Shown piece by piece: positions 14,862 through 29,564 of a stretch of 64,000 nt of DNA (positions within the stretch are counted from its first letter, which is position 1; each line of letters opens with the position of its first letter). The notes beneath the pieces are model-generated. The model ran no database searches. It saw only the letters and a list, made by a program, of their open reading frames with translations, and was not told the DNA's origin. The translations under genes and the position numbers were made by a program. The DNA is from Auanema rhodensis. Taxonomy: Eukaryota > Animalia > Nematoda. The stretch covers positions 12,276,001-12,340,000 of the forward strand of contig OZ059895.1 of NCBI GenBank assembly GCA_964057225.1, given 5' to 3'.

Positions 14862-15670
14862 TTTCAAATTTTTTTAACGATCATGCCACGTTGAAAATAC
14901 GCCATGCAGCTGATTTTCAATTTTATCTCTTCCGTAACAAATGTTTTCAATTCTCCAGCAGTTTTACTTAGATAGCTAAACCCAAGGCATCAAAATATCT
15001 TCAATCTTATTTCTATATTACATTTATAAACCAGTAGTTCATGAACCTTCATCTTAACTTTATTGTTTCTATCTATTTCCTATTGAAACACACATTGTTT
15101 AAACACTATACAACTGTGAAACCTTTTTTAATTTATTGTATTTGGATCTCATACGATTTGATATCATCGAGGGATTTAGATGTTACGTAGAAAATTACAT
15201 AACTAACATGAAATTGGAAAAAAAACAATAACGAGGATAAGTATGTAAATCATTGAATATCAGATATTTCCGCTTACGACCATACCACGTTGAAAGTACG
15301 CCATGCAGCTGATTTTCAATTTTATCTCTTCCGTAACAAATGTTTTCAATTTTCCAGCAGTTTTACTTAGATAGCTCAACCCAAGGCATCAAAATATCTT
15401 CAATCTTATTTCTATATTACAGTTATAATCCAGTACTTTATGAACCTTAATCTTAACTTTACTGTTTCTATCTATTTCCTATTGAAACAAACAATGTTTT
15501 AACACTATACAACTGTGAAACCTTTTTTAATTTATTGTATTTGGAGCTCATAAGATTTGATATCATCGAGGGATTTAGATGTAACGTAGAAAATTACATA
15601 ACTAACATGAAATTGGAAAAAAAACAATAACGAGGATAAGTATGTAAAACATTGAATATCAGATATTTTC

Positions 15671-15789
15671 GCTTACGACCATACCACGTTGAAAGTACGC
15701 CATCCCGTCCGATCTGGCAAGTCAAGCAAAGTTGGGCCCGGTTAGTACTTGGATCGGAGACGGCTTGGGAATCCCGGGTGCCGTAAGCT
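15671..15789 (+). rRNA. 5S rRNA
   Basis: Full 119-nt copy, one substitution. Confidence 0.93.
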
Positions 15790-16597
15790 TTTCAAATTTT
15801 TTTAACGATCATGCCACGTTGAAAGTACGCCATGCAGCTGATTTTCAATTTTATCTCTTCCGTAAAAAATGTTTTTATTTTCCAGCAGTTTTACTTAGAT
15901 AGCTCAACCCAAGGCATCAAAATATCTTCAATCTTATTTCTATATTACAGTTATAAACCAGTAGTTTATGAACCTTAATCTTAACTTTACTGTTTCTATC
16001 TATTTCCTATTGAAACAAACAATGTTTTAACACTATACAACTGTGAAACCTTTTTTAATTTATTGTATTTGGAGCTCATAAGATTCAATATCATCGAGGG
16101 ATTTAGATGTAACGTGGAAAATTACATAACTAACATGAAATTGGAAAATAAGCAATAACGAGGATAAATATGTAAATCATTGAATAACAGATATTTTCGC
16201 TTACGACCATACCACATTGAAAATACGCCATGCAGCTGATTTTCAATTTTATCTCTTCCGTAACAAATGTTTTCAATTTTCCAGCAGTTTTACTTAGATA
16301 GCTTAACCCAAGGCATCAAAATATCTTCAATCTTATTTCTATATTACATTTATAAACCAGTAGTTCATGAACCTTCATCTTAACTTTATTGTTTCTATCT
16401 ATTTCCTATTGAAACAAACATTGTTTAAACACTATACAACTGTGAAACCTTTTTTAATTTATTGTATTTGGAGCTCATAAGATTTGATATCATCGAGGGA
16501 TTTAGATGTAACGTAGAAAATTACATAACTAACATGAAATTGGAAAAAAAACAATAACGAGGATAAGTATGTAAAACATTGAATATCAGATATTTTC

Positions 16598-16716
16598 GCT
16601 TACGACCATACCACGTTGAAAGTACGCCATCCCGTCCGATCTGGCAAGTCAAGCAACGTTGGGCCCGGTTAGTACTTGGATCGGAGACGGCTTGGGAATC
16701 CCGGGTGCCGTAAGCT
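16598..16716 (+). rRNA. 5S rRNA
   Basis: Full 119-nt copy. Confidence 0.95.
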
Positions 16717-17525
16717 TTTCAAATTTTTTTAACGATCATGCCACGTTGAAAGTACGCCATGCAGCTGATTTTCAATTTTATCTCTTCCGTAACAAATGTT
16801 TTCAATTCTCCAGCAGTTTTACTTAGATAGCTAAACCCAAGGCATCAAAATATCTTCAATCTTATTTCTATATTACATTTATAAACCAGTAGTTCATGAA
16901 CCTTCATCTTAACTTTATCGTTTCTATCTATTTCCTATTGAAACAAACAATGTTTTAACACTATACAACTGTGAAACCTTTTTTAATTTATTGTATTTGG
17001 AGCTCATAAGATTCAATATCATCGAGGGATTTAGATGTAGTGTGGAAAATTACATAACTAACATGAAATTGGAAAATAAGCAATAACGAGGATAAATATG
17101 TAAATCATTGAATAACAGATATTTTCGCTTACGACCATACCACGTTGAAAATACGCCATGCAGCTGATTTTCAATTTTATCTCTTCCGTAACAAATGTTT
17201 TCAATTTTCCAGCAGTTTTACTTAGATAGCTCAACCCAAGGCATCAAAATATCTTCAATCTTATTTCTATATTACATTTATAAACCAGTAGTTCATGAAC
17301 CTTCATCTTAACTTTATCGTTTCTATCTATTTCCTATTGAAACAAACAATGTTTTAACACTATACAACTGTGAAACCTTTTTTAATTTATTGTATTTGGA
17401 GCTCATAAGATTTGATATCATCGAGGGATTTAGATGTAACGTAGAAAATTACATAACTAACATGAAATTGGAAAAAAAACAATAACGAGGATAAGTATGT
17501 AAAACATTGAATATCAGATATTTTC

Positions 17526-17644
17526 GCTTACGACCATACCACGTTGAAAGTACGCCATCCCGTCCGATCTGGCAAGTCAAGCAACGTTGGGCCCGGTTAG
17601 TACTTGGATCGGAGACGGCTTGGGAATCCCGGGTGCCGTAAGCT
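17526..17644 (+). rRNA. 5S rRNA
   Basis: Full 119-nt copy. Confidence 0.95.
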
Positions 17645-18453
17645 TTTCAAATTTTTTTAACGATCATGCCACGTTGAAAGTACGCCATGCAGCTGATTTT
17701 CAATTTTATCTCTTCCGTAACAAATGTTTTCAATTCTCCAGCAGTTTTACTTAGATAGCTAAACCCAAGGCATCAAAATATCTTCAATCTTATTTCTATA
17801 TTACATTTATAAACCAGTAGTTCATGAACCTTCATCTTAACTTTATTGTTTCTATCTATTTCCTATTGAAACAAACAATGTTTTAACACTATACAACTGT
17901 GAAACCTTTTTTAATTTATTGTATTTGGAGCTCATAAGATTCAATATCATCGAGGGATTTAGATGTAGTGTGGAAAATTACATAACTAACATGAAATTGG
18001 AAAATAAGCAATAACGAGGATAAATATGTAAATCATTGAATAACAGATATTTTCGCTCACGACCATACCACGTTGAAAATACGCCATGCAGCTGATTTTC
18101 AATTTTATCTCTTCCGTAACAAATGTTTTCAATTTTCCAGCAGTTTTACTTAGATAGCTCAACCCAAGGCATCAAAATATCTTCAATCTTATTTCTATAT
18201 TACAGTTATAAACCAGTAGTTTATGAACCTTAATCTTAACTTTACTGTTTCTATCTATTTCCTATTGAATTAAACATTGTTTTAACACTATACAACTGTG
18301 AAACCTTTTTTAATTTATTGTATTTAGAGCTCATAAGATTTGATATCATCGAGTGATTTAGATGTAACGTAGAAAATTACATAACTAACATGAAATTGGA
18401 AAAAAAACAATAACGAGGATAAGTATGTAAATCATTGAATATCAGATATTTTC

Positions 18454-18572
18454 GCTTACGACCATACCACGTTGAAAGTACGCCATCCCGTCCGATCTGG
18501 CAAGTCAAGCAACGTTGGGCCCGGTTAGTACTTGGATCGGAGACGGCTTGGGAATCCCGGGTGCCGTAAGCT
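18454..18572 (+). rRNA. 5S rRNA
   Basis: Full 119-nt copy. Confidence 0.95.
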
Positions 18573-19381
18573 TTTCAAATTTTTTTAACGATCATGCCAC
18601 GTTGAAAGTACGCCATGCAGCTGATTTTCAATTTTATCTCTTCCGTAAAAAATGTTTTTAATTTTCCAGCAGTTTTACTTAGATAGCTAAACCCAAGGCA
18701 TCAAAATATCTTCAATCTTATTTCTTTATTACAGTTATAAACCAGTAGTTTATGAACCTTCATCTTAACTTTACTGTTTCTATCTATTTCCTATTGAAAC
18801 AAACGTTGTTTAAACACTATACAACTGTGAAACCTTTTTTAATTTATTGTATTTGGAGCTCATAAGATTCAATATCATCGAGGGATTTAGATGTAACGTG
18901 GAAAATTACATAACTAACATGAAATTGGAAAATAAGCAATAACGAGGATAAATATGTAAATCATTGAATAACAGATATTTTCGCTTACGACCATACCACG
19001 TTGAAAATACGCCATGCAGCTGATTTTCAATTTTATCTCTTCCGTAACAAATGTTTTCAATTTTCCAGCAGTTTTACTTAGATAGCTCAACCCAAGGCAT
19101 CAAAATATCTTCAATCTTATTTCTATATTACATTTATAAACCAGTAGTTCATGAACCTTCATCTTAACTTTATTGTTTCTATCTATTTCCTATTGAAACA
19201 CACATTGTTTAAACACTATACAACTGTGAAACCTTTTTTAATTTATTGTATTTGGATCTCATACGATTTGATATCATCGAGGGATTTAGATGTTACGTAG
19301 AAAATTACATAACTAACATGAAATTGGAAAAAAAACAATAACGAGGATAAGTATGTAAATCATTGAATATCAGATATTTTC

Positions 19382-19500
19382 GCTTACGACCATACCACGT
19401 TGAAAGTACGCCATCCCGTCCGATCTGGCAAGTCAAGCAACGTTGGGCCCGGTTAGTACTTGGATCGGAGACCGCTTGGGAATCCCGGGTGCCGTAAGCT
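19382..19500 (+). rRNA. 5S rRNA
   Basis: Full 119-nt copy. Confidence 0.95.
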
Positions 19501-20309
19501 TTTCAAATTTTTTTAACGATCATGCCACGTTGAAAGTACGCCATGCAGCTGATTTTCAATTTTATCTCTTCCGTAAAAAATGTTTTTAATTTTCCAGCAG
19601 TTTTACTTAGATAGCTCAACCCAAGGCATCAAAATATCTTCCATCTTATTTCTATATTACAGTTATAAACCAGTAGTTTATGAACCTTAATCTTAACTTT
19701 ACTGTTTCTATCTATTTCCTATTGAAACAAACAATGTTTTAACACTATACAACTGTGAAACCTTTTTTAATTTATTGTATTTGGAGCTCATAAGATTCAA
19801 TATCATCGAGGGATTTAGATGTAACGTGGAAAATTACATAACTAACATGAAATTGGAAAATAAGCAATAACGAGGATAAATATGTAAATCATTGAATAAC
19901 AGATATTTTCGCTTACGACCATACCACATTGAAAATACGCCATGCAGCTGATTTTCAATTTTATCTCTTCCGTAACAAATGTTTTCAATTTTCCAGCAGT
20001 TTTACTTAGATAGCTCAACCCAAGGCATCAAAATATCTTCAATCTTATTTCTATATTACATTTATAAACCAGTAGTTCATGAACCTTCATCTTAACTTTA
20101 TTGTTTCTATCTATTTCCTATTGAAACAAACATTGTTTAAACACTATACAACTGTGAAACCTTTTTTAATTTATTGTATTTGGAGCTCATAAGATTTGAT
20201 ATCATCGAGGGATTTAGATGTAACGTCTAAAATTACATAACTAACATGAAATTGGAAAAAAAACAATAACGAGGATAAGTATGTAAAACATTGAATATCA
20301 GATATTTTC

Positions 20310-20428
20310 GCTTACGACCATACCACGTTGAAAGTACGCCATCCCGTCCGATCTGGCAAGTCAAGCAACGTTGGGCCCGGTTAGTACTTGGATCGGAGAC
20401 CGCTTGGGAATCCCGGGTGCCGTAAGCT
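20310..20428 (+). rRNA. 5S rRNA
   Basis: Full 119-nt copy. Confidence 0.95.
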
Positions 20429-21237
20429 TTTCAAATTTTTTTAACGATCATGCCACGATGAAAGTACGCCATGCAGCTGATTTTCAATTTTATCTCTTTC
20501 GTAACAAATGTTTTCAATTTTCCAGCAGTTTTACTTAGATAGCTAAACCCAAGGCATCAAAATATCTTCAATCTTATTTCTTTATTACAGTTATAAACCA
20601 GTAGTTTATGAACCTTCATCTTAACTTTACTGTTTCTATCTATTTCCTATTGAAACAAACGTTGTTTAAACACTATACAACTGTGAAACCTTTTTTAATT
20701 TATTGTATTTGGAGCTCATAAGATTCAATATCATCGAGGGATTTAGATGTAACGTGGAAAATTACATAACTAACATGAAATTGGAAAATAAGCAATAACG
20801 AGGATAAATATGTAAATCATTGAATAACAGATATTTTCGCTTACGACCATACCACGTTGAAAATACGCCATGCAGCTGATTTTCAATTTTATCTCTTCCG
20901 TAACAAATGTTTTCAATTTTCCAGCAGTTTTACTTAGATAGCTCAACCCAAGGCATCAAAATATCTTCAATCTTATTTCTATATTACATTTATAAACCAG
21001 TAGTTCATGAACCTTCATCTTAACTTTATTGTTTCTATCTATTTCCTATTGAAACACACATTGTTTAAACACTATACAACTGTGAAACCTTTTTTAATTT
21101 ATTGTATTTGGATCTCATACGATTTGATATCATCGAGGGATTTAGATGTTACGTAGAAAATTACATAACTAACATGAAATTGGAAAAAAAACAATAACGA
21201 GGATAAGTATGTAAATCATTGAATATCAGATATTTTC

Positions 21238-21356
21238 GCTTACGACCATACCACGTTGAAAGTACGCCATCCCGTCCGATCTGGCAAGTCAAGCAACGTT
21301 GGGCCCGGTTAGTACTTGGATCGGAGACGGCTTGGGAATCCCGGGTGCCGTAAGCT
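21238..21356 (+). rRNA. 5S rRNA
   Basis: Full 119-nt copy. Confidence 0.95.
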
Positions 21357-22165
21357 TTTCAAATTTTTTTAACGATCATGCCACGTTGAAAGTACGCCAT
21401 GCAGCTGATTTTCAATTTTATCTCTTCCGTAACAAATGTTTTTAATTTTCCAGCAGTTTTACTTAGATAGCTAAACCCAAGGCATCAAAATATCTTCAAT
21501 CTTATTTCTTTATTACAGTTATAAACCAGTAGTTTATGAACCTTCATCTTAACTTTACTGTTTCTATCTATTTCCTATTGAAACAAACACTGTTTAAACA
21601 CTATACAACTGTGAAACCTTTTTTAATTTATTGTATTTGGAGCTCATAAGATTCAATTTCATCGAGGGATTTAGATGTAACGTGGAAAATTACATAACTA
21701 ACATGAAATTGGAAAATAAGCAATAACGAGGATAAATATGTAAATCATTGAATAACAGATATTTTCGCTTACGACCATACCACGTTGAAAATACGCCATG
21801 CAGCTGATTTTCAATTTTATCTCTTCCGTAACAAATGTTTTCAATTTTCCAGCAGTTTTACTTAGATAGCTCAACCCAAGGCATCAAAATATCTTCAATC
21901 TTATTTCTATATTACAGTTATAAACCAGTAGTTTATGAACCTTAATCTTAACTTTACTGTTTCTATCTATTTCCTATTGAAACAAACATTGTTTTAACAC
22001 TATACAACTGTGAAACCTTTTTTAATTTATTGTATTTGGAGCTCATAAGATTTGATATCATCGAGGGATTTAGATGTAACGTAGAAAATTACATAACTAA
22101 CATGAAATTGGAAAAAAAACAATAACGAGGATAAGTATGTAAATCATTGAATATCAGATATTTTC

Positions 22166-22284
22166 GCTTACGACCATACCACGTTGAAAGTACGCCATCC
22201 CGTCCGATCTGGCAAGTCAAGCAACGTTGGGCCCGGTTAGTACTTGGATCGGAGACGGCTTGGGAATCCCGGGTGCCGTAAGCT
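22166..22284 (+). rRNA. 5S rRNA
   Basis: Full 119-nt copy. Confidence 0.95.
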
Positions 22285-23492
22285 TTTCAAATTTTTTTAA
22301 CGATCATGCCACGTTGAAAGTACGCCATGCAGCTGATTTTCAATTTTATCTCTTCCGTAACAAATGTTTTCAATTCTCCAGCAGTTTTACTTAGATAGCT
22401 AAACCCAAGGCATCAAAATATCTTCAATCTTATTTCTATATTACATTTATAAACCAGTAGTTCATGAACCTTCATCTTAACTTTATTGTTTCTATCTATT
22501 TCCTATTGAAACACACATTGTTTAAACACTATACAACTGTGAAACCTTTTTTAATTTATTGTATTTGGATCTCATACGATTTGATATCATCGAGGGATTT
22601 AGATGTTACGTAGAAAATTACATAACTAACATGAAATTGGAAAAAAAACAATAACGAGGATAAGTATGTAAATAATTGAATATCAGATATTTCCGCTTAC
22701 GACCATACCACGTTGAAAGTACGCCATGCAGCTGATTTTCAATTTTATCTCTTCCGTAACAAATGTTTTCAATTTTCCAGCAGTTTTACTTAGATAGCTC
22801 AACCCAAGGCATCAAAATATCTTCAATCTTATTTCTATATTACATTTATAAACCAGTAGTTCATGAATCTTCATCTTGACTTTATTGTTTCTATCTATTT
22901 CCTATTGAAACAAACATTGTTTAAACACTATACAACTGTGAAACCTTTTTTAATTTATTGTATTTGGAGCTCATAAGATTCAATATCATCGAGGGATTTA
23001 GATGTAACGTGGAAAATTACATAACTAACATGAAATTGGAAAATAAGCAATAACGAGGATAAATATGTAAATCATTGAATAACAGATATTTTCGCTTACG
23101 ACCATACCACGTTGAAAATGCGCCATGCAGCTGATTTTCAATTTTATCTCTTCCGTAACAAATGTTTTCAATTTTCCAGCAGTTTTACTTAGATAGCTCA
23201 ACCCAAGGCATCAAAATATCTTCAATCTCATTTCTATATTACAGTTATAAACCAGTAGTTTATGAACCTTAATCTTAACTTTACTGTTTCTATCTATTTC
23301 CTATTGAAACAAACATTGTTTTAACACTATACAATTGTGAAACCTTTTTTAATTTATTGTATTTGGAGCTCATAAGATTTGATATCATCGAGGGATTTAG
23401 ATGTAACGTAGAAAATTACATAACTAACATGAAATTGGAAAAAAAACAATAACGAGGATAAGTATGTAAATCATTGAATATCAGATATTTTC

Positions 23493-23611
23493 GCTTACGA
23501 CCATACCACGTTCAAAGTACGCCATCCCGTCCGATCTGGCAAGTCAAGCAACGTTGGGCCCGGTTAGTACTTGGATCGGAGACGGCTTGGGAATCCCGGG
23601 TGCCGTAAGCT
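23493..23611 (+). rRNA. 5S rRNA
   Basis: Full 119-nt copy, one substitution. Confidence 0.93.
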
Positions 23612-24437
23612 TTTCAAATTTTTTTAACGATCATGCCACGTTGAAAGTACGCCATGCAGCTGATTTTCAATTTTATCTCTTCCATAACAAATGTTTTCAA
23701 TTCTCCAGCAGTTTTACTTAGATAGCTAAACCCAAGGCATCAAAATATCTTCAATCTTATTTCTATATTACATTTATAAACCAGTAGTTCATGAACCTTC
23801 ATCTTAACTTTATTGTTTCTATCTATTTCCTATTGAAACACACATTGTTTAAACACTATACAACTGTGAAACCTTTTTTAATTTATTGTATTTGGATCTC
23901 ATACGATTTGATATCATCGAGGGATTTAGATGTTACGTAGAAAATTACATAACTAACATGAAATTGGAAAAAAAACAATAACGAGGATAAGTATGTAAAT
24001 CATTGAATATCAGATATTTCCGCTTACGACCATACCACGTTGAAAGTACGCCATGCAGCTGATTTTCAATTTTATCTCTTCCGTAACAAATGTTTTCAAT
24101 TTTCCAGCAGTTTTACTTAGATAGCTCAACCCAAGGCATCAAAATATCTTCAATCTTATTTCTATATTACATTTATAAACCAGTAGTTCATGAATCTTCA
24201 TCTTAACTTTATTGTTTCTATCTATTTCCTATTGAAACAAACATTGTTTAAACACTATACAACTGTGAAACCTTTCTTAATTTATTGTATTTGGAGCTCA
24301 TAAGATTTGATATCATCGAGGGATTTAGATGTAAGGTAGAAAATTACATAACTAACATGAAATTGGAAAAAAAACAATAACGAGGATAAGTATGTAAATC
24401 ATTGAATATCAGATATTTTCGCTTACGACCATACCAC

Positions 24438-27400
24438 GGCCAAACTAAATTGACATGTGTGAAAATGACTCGATATGTAATTGACATAGTGAAATATATT
24501 GGTTTAATTGACATGTAAGATCAATACCGTATTGAATGTTAATGACATTGTAATAATGACATCAATTGCGTTTGACTAAAATGTGCAAATTTGAATATTG
24601 CGTAGCAATTTAGGTAATTCTTTCACAAAAAAATTTTGGGATTTTCCGATATCGATTCATTTTTTCCCAATAGAAGAAAGGAAATGAAGCCGGTTTCGAA
24701 AAAAACGATGTTGCAATTTTTCAATGACAGGTAGATCAGATGGTTTTGTTTGTTTTGTTTACACATTCTCACATTCAAAGAAATTATAATGTAATGGAAG
24801 AGCTTCCGCGTTTGAAATATTTTCCTGCTGGTGATACAGTTTATTTGGTAGCTTCGAGCAGCTTCAGAGATTTGAAAGATGTGACAACTGATTCGGCATC
24901 TCCATGGACGGGAAAACTAAGTTCGAATTGTTATATGTTTTATTTTTTTAATTGTTACGTAGTTTATGACGAAAAATCGCACCGTGATTTGAAAACTAAT
25001 ATTGAGTACTTATATGTGGATAAAACGGATGAGCAATGGATACCTGTTAAGAAGTCTTATTTAACTTTCAAATTATTCCTTAATACTAACCGCAGATACC
25101 CTTCTTTACAACGCCGTGTTAGTTATTTTTGTCAATAAAATGTTTTTATATTCTATCTTTACACAGGTGGGAGTAATTCTGGACATGAATAAAAACGCTG
25201 TCTCTCCAATTTTATACTACTACTTTGCTGAAGTAAGGTTTTCATTATTTTTATGTTCACATGATTACTTGGATCTCTATTATTTGTATTTCATAATATT
25301 CAGGAGAACCTCACAATATCCCCATCAAACTCGATTCGAATCAAACCATCTGAATCAGCTGCTGCTAAAAAAGCGTTATCTCATCGAACTACCGTGGGAG
25401 CAAAAAGATTTCTTGATGAACAGGGATTAAATATTAATACAAAAAAAGTCATTACAGTTCACTAATCAAAATTATGTATTATTTTTCAGTTAACAAATTT
25501 AGCCCGTTCCGTCGATTATCATATAAAAAGTAGAGTAGGAAAAAAAAGTGCATCGAATGTTGCAAAACTGTTTGATCGGTTTGTTTGCAAACCCAATTCA
25601 TTAGAAGCTATGCTTTCTCCACATGTTGAAAAAACAGGTTTATGTAAATTAGTAGTATTCATGACCTTAATCAGTCTTTTAGAAGATGGAAAAATATTAA
25701 TACGTCAGATATTTTTTTACCCGTGTGCCTTAGAACATTTTTGTAAAACTTTGCCTGACAAAAACGATGTTATCGAACATAGAAATAGAGTTGATAAACT
25801 GCTACTAACAACTAAAGAAGATGCAGAACTGGAGCTGAGTGAGCATGAAGATGTTTTTTAGGTTTAATGAGTTTATTGTAGACAGAATTATTTCAACAAC
25901 TAATAAATCAGGAACAATTCCCAAGCTGGGTTCGATGTTGCAAATTGATACTACTTTTAACGTTTGTAGCAGTGAATATTTAACAATGGCCGTAGGAATA
26001 CACGATACTTTTTTGTGAGATTTCACAAACTATTTTGAAATGTAATATATTTAGAAATAATGTATCTGGAAAATGCGCAAGTGTATTAATTGGAGCTATG
26101 ATACATACAAGTAAGGCTGCCAAAGAACATGAAGCATTCTCAATAGCGTTGAATAGTCAGTTTGAGAAATTCGGATCAAATAAAACTATTCCTTGCGTAA
26201 TCACTGATGGAGAGGAGTCGTTCAAGTTGTACACTACAGTAAGTACTGTTGAACTTGTGGAATCATTAAAGTTAGTTTAGGGTTCGTTTCTAAGTAGATC
26301 AGTACCTTTGCGATGTGACGTACACAAGTTTGACAACTTGAAGATGAACATGCACAAATCGGATAGAGAAAATACAGAAATTATCAAAAAAAAATTATTT
26401 GGATCAAAAGAAAATGTAGGCACGTAAAGTTTTAATTGAGTTGAAAAGTATATTTTAAGAGTATCAGTGGAACTATATGGCACCGCGGTATATTAGGAAC
26501 TCTTCAGAAATCTGAATTTGAAAAAAAAATGATGAAATTTAGTGATGCTGTACATGCTGACACAGCAAAATGGTGGGTTAATATTCAACATTTTTTCCTT
26601 GTGTTTGAATAAAAACAAAGCATGATATTTGTAAGCATACTAATATAGATATTATAAATTGTGCTGAGAGAAAAATAGAATTGTTGTTTAGGTTACTTCG
26701 AAATATGGATGATATGTACAACACATGTTCACTTATCAAGAAGCTCTACGCTGGCTGTCCTTTGCAATGGGCCACAACAAATATCATCGAGTTGAGAAAT
26801 AACCAACTCAAAAAAATAGTACAATATCCTCAACCGGCGGAAATACTAATGAAAAGTTTATTAATTATACATCATGGTACTTTTTTCAAATCACATTTAG
26901 ATGATACCACAGCACTGTGTTCTAATAAGTTAAATATTTACAGATGATATGAAAGAACGCATATTTGCTATTCAGAACAAAAGCCAAAATTTAAAAACTG
27001 CAATTCCGTTGAACATGAATTTTGAAGATCTTTCTTGTTCGGAGCAGAGAACTTTAGTAGAGAAATTTGGATTATATAGCTATTATATTTCTTTATCTTA
27101 TTTTAAGTTTCCGAAATGGACATTAGACGGTAAGAAAAAGTTAATAACTATTCATTATACTAAATAATAATAGGAGATGGCAAAAATAAATCAAACTTTT
27201 TGTCAGCTGTAGAGAAACTCTCTGTTGATAGCTGCAGAAATGATGAGAATTTATATATAGTTCTAGATGAAATCGATCTGAGAAGGTATTCGATTTTTCA
27301 GTGAATAATGAATTATTTTTTAAGACCCGTTTGCGTGAAAAAAACGGAGAACCAACTCAAATGTTTTCATTACGAATGTTTAAATAACATTAATTATGGA

Positions 27401-28187
27401 TATTATTTCTGTATACATATGTGAGGTTTCAAAAGATATTTTGAAAGACAATTTTATTTTTAGGTTCGCTATTCTTAAAAAACTTGAAGATTCAGTTGCA
27501 GATCACTATATAAAAGAGATGGAAGATAAAAAAAATAATAGAACAGCGCAGAACTGTTTGAGTAAACAAATACGACCCACAGATGGTTCAAAGTTCCAAA
27601 ACCGTAAAGGGAGACAATATTCAAAAAATAATTATAGTAGGCAAATTGCAGAAACTAAGTTAAGTTGTATATAAAACAGTTGTCTTAACATTTTTTTCAG
27701 TATATCCTTTCTTGAAGACACAAGTGAACTGCATGAGATTATTTTTAGTGACAGATCCAATTACTCCGATGATAGCTCAGAGAATTTAATCACGAACACT
27801 TTTACAGAAGACAGAATAGTTTCGCCTCCACTAGAATATACGTCTTTGAACAACTCTCAACCATATCAAGATAATGAATCAATTTTCTGGTTTCCACCTA
27901 GTTTTGAATAATTTTCATGGCTAATAAAATTTAATTTTAAAGTACAATCCTATTATTCTGTGAAATGAATCGATATCGGAAAATCCCAAAATTTTTTTGT
28001 GAAAAAATTACCTAAATTAGTACGCAATATTCAAATTTGCACATTTTAGTCAAACGCATTTGATGTCATTATTACAATGTCATTAACATTCAATACGGTA
28101 TTGATCTTACATGTCAATTAAACCAATATATTTCACTATGTCAATTACATATCGAGTCATTTTCACACATGTCATTCTGACTTTACC
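24438..28187 (+). mobile_element. Mutator-like (MULE) DNA transposon, about 3.75 kb
   Basis: Inverted repeats of about 225 bp (24438-24662 and 27963-28187), GG...CC ends, target duplication CCATACCAC (9 bp; 8-10 bp depending on end register), internal DDE transposase. Confidence 0.92.
24684..27920 (+). CDS. MULE-type DDE transposase, multi-exon (ends approximate)
   Basis: Exon peptides QIDTTFNV (~25941), VITDGEE (~26197), LRCDVH (CxxH, ~26307), TTNIIELRNNQLK (~26773) and YFCIH (SWIM-like, ~27404), separated by short GT-AG introns. Confidence 0.8.
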
Positions 28188-28708
28188 CCATACCACGTTG
28201 AAAGTACGCCATCCCGTCCGATCTGGCAAGTCAAGCAACGTTGGGCCCGGTTAGTACTTGGATCGGAGACGGCTTGGGAATCCCGGGTGCCGTAAGCTTT
28301 TCAAATTTTTTTAACGATCACGCCACGTTGAAAGTACGCCATGCAGCTGATTTTCAATTTTATCTCTTCCGTAACAAATGTTTTTAATTTTCCAGCAGTT
28401 TTACTTAGATAGCTAAACCCAAGGCATCAAAATATCTTCAATCTTATTTCTTTATTACAGTTATAAACCAGTAGTTTATGAACCTTCATCTTAACTTTAC
28501 TGTTTCTATCTATTTCCTATTGAAACAAACGTTGTTTAAACACTATACAACTGTGAAACCTTTTTTAATTTATTGTATTTGGAGCTCATAAGATTCAATA
28601 TCATCGAGGGATTTAGATGTAACGTGGAAAATTACATAACTAACATGAAATTGGAAAAAAAACAATAACGAGGATAAATATGTAAATCATTGAATATCAG
28701 ATATTTTC

Positions 28709-28827
28709 GCTTACGACCATACCACGTTGAAAGTACGCCATCCCGTCCGATCTGGCAAGTCAAGCAACGTTGGGCCCGGTTAGTACTTGGATCGGAGACG
28801 GCTTGGGAATCCCGGGTGCCGTAAGCT
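28709..28827 (+). rRNA. 5S rRNA
   Basis: Full 119-nt copy. Confidence 0.95.
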
Positions 28828-29564
28828 TTTCAAATTTTTTTAACGATCATGCCACGTTGAAAGTACGCCATGCAGCTGATTTTCAATTTTATCTCTTCCG
28901 TAACAAATGTTTTTAATTTTCCAGCAGTTTTACTTGGATAGCTCAACCCAAGGCATCAAAATATCTTCAATCTTATTTCTATATTACAGTTATAAACCAG
29001 TAGTTTATGAACCTTAATCTTAACTTTACTGTTTCTATCTATTTCCTATTGAAACAAACATTGTTTTAACACTATACAACTGTGAAACCTTTTTTAATTT
29101 ATTGTATTTGGAGCTCATAAGATTTGATATCATCGAGGGATTTAGATGTAACGTAGAAAATTACATAACTAACATGAAATTGGAAAAAAAACAATAACGA
29201 GGATAAGTATGTAAATCATTGAATATCAGATATTTTCGCTTACGACCATACTACGTTGAAAGTACGCCATGCAGCTGATTTTCAATTTTATCTCTTCCGT
29301 AACAAATGTTTTCAATTTTCCAGCAGTTTTACTCAGATAGCTCAACCCAAGGCATCAAAATATCATCAATCTTATTTCTTTATTACAGTTATAAACCAGT
29401 AGTTTAAGAACCTTCATCTTAACTTTACTGTTTCTATCTATTTCCTATTGAAACAAACATTGTTTAAACACTATACAACTGTGAAACCTTTTTTAATTTA
29501 TTGTATTTGGAGCTCATAAGATTCAATATCATCGAGGGATTTAGATGTAACGTAGAAAATTACA

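Larger units (their letters stand above)
1..24437 (+). repeat. 5S rDNA tandem array: 529-bp gene-bearing units mixed with 399-bp gene-less units
   Basis: Unit starts (GCTTACGACC) at 15, 544, 943, 1472, 1871, 2270... give 529/399-bp spacings. 22 full genes plus about 32 truncated units account for 15..24420. Confidence 0.97.
24421..28298 (+). pseudogene. 5S rRNA gene split by a MULE insertion
   Basis: 5S +1..+17 at 24421-24437; the gene resumes at 28188 with a duplicated CCATACCAC and ends at 28298. Confidence 0.93.

Noticed and set aside
1-24437. CRISPR-like repeat-spacer array
   Set aside because: The spacers are themselves near-identical repeats; eukaryotic context, no cas genes
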